Below, one piece after another: positions 60,629 through 64,000 of a stretch of DNA of 64,000 nt. The notes below the pieces were generated by a model, which searched no databases, was not told the DNA's origin, and saw only the letters and a program-made list of their open reading frames with translations. Position 1 is the first letter of the stretch; the number at the start of each line of letters is the position of its first letter. The DNA is from a virus, in IMG/VR virus record IMGVR_UViG_3300020048_000014, positions 132,722 to 196,721 of that record; one strand, 5' to 3'. A program made the position numbers and the translations under genes.

Positions 60629-60656
60629 AACCTCCTAAGTGATTAGGGGGTTTTTT
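60629..60656 (+). terminator. Rho-independent terminator after the suppressor tRNA
   Basis: CCTCCTAA-GTGA-TTAGGGGG-TTTTTT. Confidence 0.8.
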
Positions 60657-60742
60657 ATTAACCAGATGGTCCTGACGAGGATAACCAGAATAGCCAAGCG
60701 AGCACTATTAGGTGTCACCACAGAAATGTGGGGAGTTGATAA
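60655..60742 (+). ncRNA. Candidate four-way-junction structured RNA
   Basis: P1 TTATTAAC/GTTGATAA; hairpins TCCT-GACG-AGGA, AATAG..CTATT, CCACA-GAAA-TGTGG. Confidence 0.45.
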
Positions 60743-60757
60743 GAATATAAATTTAAT

Positions 60758-60832
60758 TGCGCGGTAAAGCAGTGGTAGCTTAACACCCTCATAAGGTGGA
60801 GGTCGCTGGTTCGATCCCAGCCTGCGCAACCA
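60758..60832 (+). tRNA. tRNA-Met or tRNA-Ile2 (CAT)
   Basis: Cloverleaf with loop CT-CAT-AA and encoded CCA; lacks the initiator GGG/CCC anticodon stem. Confidence 0.88.
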
Positions 60833-60839
60833 TTTTTTT

Positions 60840-60998
60840 ATGAATATAAAAGCAATAGACCTTATCCAATGGATATGGAAAACAACATTTGATACAGAGA
60901 AATCTAAAACACAAATTAAAAGAGATTTAGAACAAGGTTCTGTTAAATTGAATGATAGAAAGATTAAAGTAGATGATGTATTTGAAATTGAAGATTAA
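60840..60998 (+). CDS. 52-aa S4-like RNA-binding mini-protein (not in the ORF track)
   Basis: MNIKAIDLIQWIWKTTFDTEKSKTQIKRDLEQGSVKLNDRKIKVDDVFEIED; exactly fills the Met-Tyr tRNA spacer. Confidence 0.6.
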   Translation: MNIKAIDLIQWIWKTTFDTEKSKTQIKRDLEQGSVKLNDRKIKVDDVFEIED

Positions 60999-60999
60999 T

Positions 61000-61083
61000 G
61001 GATTAGCGGCACAGTTGGAGAGGTGCAGCGGACTGTAAATTCGCTCCTGTAAAGGTGAGTAGATTCGAATTCTACCTAATCCA
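61000..61083 (+). tRNA. tRNA-Tyr(GTA)
   Basis: GGATTAG/CTAATCC-A; GCGGA-CTGTAAA-TTCGC; long variable arm; no encoded CCA. Confidence 0.9.
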
Positions 61084-61164
61084 CCGATGTTGGATAGCAC
61101 CCAACTGATTCAGATAACAAAAGCGCGATAAGTCTGAGAAGAATAAAAATAAAACGCGCACAAA

Positions 61165-61236
61165 TCCTAGTAAAGCACCGGGAGTGCTGCCGTCCTGTTA
61201 AGTCGTGTGAGTGTGGTTCGAGTCCACAACTAGGAG
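61165..61236 (+). tRNA. tRNA-Asn(GTT), degenerate anticodon stem
   Basis: TCCTAGT/ACTAGGA-G; loop CT-GTT-AA; T-arm TGTGG-TTCGAGT-CCACA; two stem mismatches and A at position 8. Confidence 0.65.
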
Positions 61237-61278
61237 CAAAGATTATGTTATTTGGTTAACCGGATTAAATAATAATGT

Positions 61279-61632
61279 ATGGATAAATTTGTTATTAAGG
61301 AATGTAAAACTCATGGAGAAACAGAATTTGTATTGGAGGGCCGTGGATACTATAGATGTAAAAAATGTAGATCTCAAAGAGTCTCAAACACTCGCAGAAA
61401 ACATAAAAAAACTATTGTGAAGGAATTTGGTGGTAGATGTATATGTTGTGGATATGATAAATTTGTGGGGGCATTACAATTTCATCACTTAAATCCCAAC
61501 GAAAAAGAATTTGCATTAGCCCATAACGGGATATGTAAGAGTATCAGTAGGATGAGAAAAGAGGCAGAGAAGTGCGTCTTAGTATGTGCTAATTGTCATG
61601 CTGAGATAGAAGCTGGATTGATAATCTTATGA
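61279..61632 (+). mobile_element. Free-standing HNH endonuclease within the tRNA cluster
   Basis: C..HG, RCKKC, GGRCICCGY, ALQFHHLNP, C.LVCANCHAE. Confidence 0.8.
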
Positions 61633-61685
61633 ATTTTATAACGTCGTCAGGATACACAACGACATGAAATAAATGTGTATTATAT

Positions 61686-61762
61686 CTTCCGTAGGCATTG
61701 ACAGGTGAGGCACTTGATTTGGGATCAAGATTAGTAGGGTTCGAGTCCATAACGGTAGACCA
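61686..61762 (+). tRNA. tRNA-Pro(TGG)
   Basis: CTTGA-TTTGGGA-TCAAG; CCA end; one acceptor and one T-stem mismatch. Confidence 0.75.
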
Positions 61763-61765
61763 TAA

Positions 61766-61841
61766 GGACTTGTAGCTCAGTTGGTAGAGCAAGGGATTTT
61801 TAATCCCGTGGTCGTGAATTCGAATTTCACCGAGTCCACCA
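61766..61841 (+). tRNA. tRNA-Lys(TTT)
   Basis: GGACTTG/CGAGTCC-A-CCA; AGGGA-TTTTTAA-TCCCG. Confidence 0.92.
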
Positions 61842-61845
61842 TTTT

Positions 61846-62094
61846 ATGAAACAAAAACTGAAACTGACAAATTCCTCATCTATCTATGATGTAGAATACT
61901 CCATCCAAGATTTAGATCAAATAAATTATGACTTACTATGGGCCAAACTAAAAGTAGAATATTGGACAGGGTTGGTGGATACATTTATATTCCCTTATAC
62001 CCAAATTGGTAGAAAATATTATACCACGGAATTAACAAAGGCGATTAGGAGGCATGAAGCAATTATTATGTGGAATAGATATAATAGTTTATGA
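61846..62094 (+). CDS. Hypothetical protein
   Basis: 82-aa ORF between tRNAs. Confidence 0.55.
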   Translation: MKQKLKLTNSSSIYDVEYSIQDLDQINYDLLWAKLKVEYWTGLVDTFIFPYTQIGRKYYTTELTKAIRRHEAIIMWNRYNSL

Positions 62095-62154
62095 ATCTAA
62101 AAGCCTCCGACTGTGACTCGGATCGTTCTGGTTCAAGCCCAGATTCGTGGACCA
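62089..62154 (+). pseudogene. Degenerate tRNA-His(GTG) lacking most of the D-arm
   Basis: TCCGA-CTGTGAC-TCGGA; TCTGG-TTCAAGC-CCAGA; 3' TTCGTGG-A-CCA; the 5' acceptor strand pairs only through several G-U wobbles. Confidence 0.6.
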
Positions 62155-62155
62155 C

Positions 62156-62183
62156 TTGACTTTATAAAACACTAGTGTATCAT
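62156..62183 (+). promoter_or_regulatory. Sigma70-like promoter, TTGACT-N16-TATCAT
   Basis: Upstream of the 42-aa basic ORF and tRNA-Gly. Confidence 0.55.
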
Positions 62184-62208
62184 TATCACATCGAAGAAAT
62201 TAAATTTT

Positions 62209-62337
62209 ATGAAAAAAATAACAAAAACTAATGACCGAAAAGTAAGACGTAAAGGTATTCATGCAAAGTCTAAGACTTCACACCTTAAAGGTTCAAAAAA
62301 CTATAAGAAAAAATATAGGGGCCAAGGTAATAAATAA
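62209..62337 (+). CDS. 42-aa highly basic peptide (not in the ORF track)
   Basis: MKKITKTNDRKVRRKGIHAKSKTSHLKGSKNYKKKYRGQGNK. Confidence 0.6.
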   Translation: MKKITKTNDRKVRRKGIHAKSKTSHLKGSKNYKKKYRGQGNK

Positions 62338-62397
62338 CAACTTCGATTGCCACTTCTAGTCAGAAGGTGGTCGTAGTAATTAACTTTACTAATAGTT

Positions 62398-62473
62398 GCG
62401 CATATCGTATAATGGTTTATTATAGGGGTTTTCCAAACCTCGGATGGGAATTCGATTTTCCCTATGCGCTCCA
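62398..62473 (+). tRNA. tRNA-Gly(TCC)
   Basis: GCGCATA/TATGCGC-T-CCA; GGGGT-TTTCCAA-ACCTC; U73. Confidence 0.9.
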
Positions 62474-62524
62474 TAATAAAAAATTGAGGGGTAGTGCAAT
62501 ATAACATATCTACTAAATATAGAG

Positions 62525-63340
62525 ATGATATCTTTTGATAAATATTTTCAAGAACAATTCCAAAGAGTGCGCTCTACTACAGATCAATTAAAATTTGGAA
62601 ACAATCCTATACCGGGTGATGACTATAATTTTGAGTTTGATACTAAAAAGTGGAAAGATAAAAAAGATAAAATCACAAAAGAGTTTATACCGGATGATCC
62701 TGCGATGGGACTTCGACAAAATATTTCCAATGAAATATCTACAAGATTGAATACAATTTTTAGATCATATGGATTTGATTTAGGTGGAAAAGAATTAAAT
62801 AAGCTGCCAACTAACGGCAGTATGGTTTACCGGGGACATAAATCACCATCGCCAACTTCTAAAGGATATGACGCTAAAGCCGAAGGGTCTAAAGTTTATT
62901 GGTCACTCAATCCAAAATATGCCTTTTCAGTATACTCCAAGGGTAATAATCAAATGTCAACTCAAATTGGACAAGCTGGTGGAAGTTCATTTCAAAAAGC
63001 ACTTCATCCAGATCAAAAGTCTAATATTTCTTATAGTATTGGGTTTTTCTCTATAGCAACTCCAAAAGATTCTAGTTCTATTGACTGGTATAGAAATTTT
63101 GGATACGAAGACAAGGAATCACCGACACCTATAAATGAAGTTTTAACTTGGCCTTCACGACAGCAATATGAAGCCGAATGTGTTACAGAAAATACATCGT
63201 TTAATAAGATAAGAACATATCTAGTAAACCAATATGGTCAAGCAATTTCATTTAATAGACTTCGAAAAATATCACCTCCAATTTATAAACAAGTTATAAA
63301 CTCTAGCGTATATGGTTCAAATGATGTTAGTGTTTATTGA
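62525..63340 (+). CDS. ADP-ribosyltransferase-like protein (R-S-E type)
   Basis: VYRG...VYWSLNPKYA...QYEAE; MISFDKYFQE leader; TAAATA-N5-ATG. Confidence 0.55.
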   Translation: MISFDKYFQEQFQRVRSTTDQLKFGNNPIPGDDYNFEFDTKKWKDKKDKITKEFIPDDPAMGLRQNISNEISTRLNTIFRSYGFDLGGKELNKLPTNGSMVYRGHKSPSPTSKGYDAKAEGSKVYWSLNPKYAFSVYSKGNNQMSTQIGQAGGSSFQKALHPDQKSNISYSIGFFSIATPKDSSSIDWYRNFGYEDKESPTPINEVLTWPSRQQYEAECVTENTSFNKIRTYLVNQYGQAISFNRLRKISPPIYKQVINSSVYGSNDVSVY

Positions 63341-63413
63341 AGGGTAGTGTAATGGTTTATTACTGGTGGTTTTGATCCACCCAGAGAAGTTTCGAATACC
63401 TCCTCCTCTACCA
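63338..63413 (+). tRNA. tRNA-Gln(TTG), imperfect acceptor stem
   Basis: GGTGG-TTTTGAT-CCACC; TTCGAAT loop; CCA; the 5' end overlaps the upstream TGA. Confidence 0.7.
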
Positions 63414-63421
63414 TATAAATT

Positions 63422-63850
63422 ATGATAAAAGTAAAAATTAAACTATTACACCCAGAAGCAAAAATACCAGTCCGTTTTAATGAAACTGATGCTTGCTATG
63501 ATGTATACGCGACATCAATCGCTTATATTGGACATGATCGATATGAATATGGACTGGGTTTTGCATTAGAACTCCCACCAAATACTCAATTGGATTTAAG
63601 ATCAAGATCTTCGATTTATAAAACTGGTATGATACTCAGTAATTCTATAGGAACCGGAGATGAAGATTACAGAGGAGAATACAAAGCTATTTTTTATCAT
63701 CTGATTCAGTCTTTACCAAGATATAAAGTGGGTGATAGAATCTTACAAATCCAACTACGATCTAGGGAAGATATTAAATTTATTGCCAGTTTAGAACTGG
63801 GAGAAACAAAAAGAAGCGATGGAGGATATGGCTCAACTGGGTTGTCGTGA
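63422..63850 (+). CDS. dut: Trimeric dUTPase
   Basis: DACYDVY, RSRSS, GTGDEDYRGE, GDRILQ, RSDGGYGSTG. Confidence 0.95.
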   Translation: MIKVKIKLLHPEAKIPVRFNETDACYDVYATSIAYIGHDRYEYGLGFALELPPNTQLDLRSRSSIYKTGMILSNSIGTGDEDYRGEYKAIFYHLIQSLPRYKVGDRILQIQLRSREDIKFIASLELGETKRSDGGYGSTGLS

Positions 63851-63871
63851 AGGTATGTAAAGTAAATGATA

Positions 63872-64000
63872 TCATAGATCCCAACTAAGGGATACATCTG
63901 TTCCTTGATATTCTCCTTCTTCGCCAGTTTTAAATTCTGTAGAAACTCTACTTGGCACTGGTGAACAAGACGATATTAGTAATATAATGGCTAAGTATTT
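63872..64000 (-). CDS. Small putative lipoprotein (5' partial, start just outside the window)
   Basis: KYLAIILLISSCSPVPSRVSTEFKTGEEGEYQGTDVSLSWDL*; hydrophobic stretch ending in a lipobox-like ISSC. Confidence 0.55.
   Translation of the reverse strand, partial: KYLAIILLISSCSPVPSRVSTEFKTGEEGEYQGTDVSLSWDL

Noticed and set aside
60661-60730. Hammerhead ribozyme (CTGACGA ... GAAA)
   Set aside because: The GAAA is the loop of a CCACA/TGTGG hairpin, and no stem II-C-GAAA-stem III-NUH arrangement can be built. Kept only as an unassigned structured RNA.
60635-62507. ORF-track ORFs 60635-60829(-), 61211-61420(+), 61589-61792(-) and 62301-62507(-)
   Set aside because: They overlap or are antisense to tRNA genes, where stem symmetry and higher GC create spurious open frames.
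1-64000. Genome-wide TAG (code 15) or TGA (code 4/25) reassignment suggested by the suppressor tRNA
   Set aside because: All conserved genes (gp46, gp20, gp23, nrdAB and others) are intact in the standard code, and TGA ends many genes with tight coupling. Only single local cases were found (59936 TAG, 45822 TGA).

Overview
A 64-kb slice of a large, AT-rich T4-like myovirus (T4 supergroup, probably uncultured). It contains a recombination/late-transcription block (gp46, gp47, gp55, uvsW, uvsY) and a set of putative internal head proteins, four of them with ADP-ribosyltransferase-like motifs. It also has PhoH, a ~9-kb glycan-modification island with embedded gp62 and GroES genes, and a DinG helicase. 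The morphogenesis block is gp15, a beta-helix spike, gp20, gp13, mosaic fibre genes, gp4, gp21, gp22, gp23 and a split gp5. The right end carries ClpP, nrdAB, a cluster of nine tRNA/tRNA-like genes and dUTPase, and four free-standing endonuclease genes are scattered through the window. Two signals stand out. (1) An amber-suppressor tRNA (CUA) with its own promoter and terminator lies directly downstream of a gene whose promoter-predicted start is followed by an in-frame TAG at codon 5 and a stem-loop, although the genome otherwise uses the standard code. (2) About 22 genes have the late-promoter core TAAATA exactly 5 nt before the start codon, implying largely leaderless mRNAs. All calls come from motif recognition by eye; no database searches were run.
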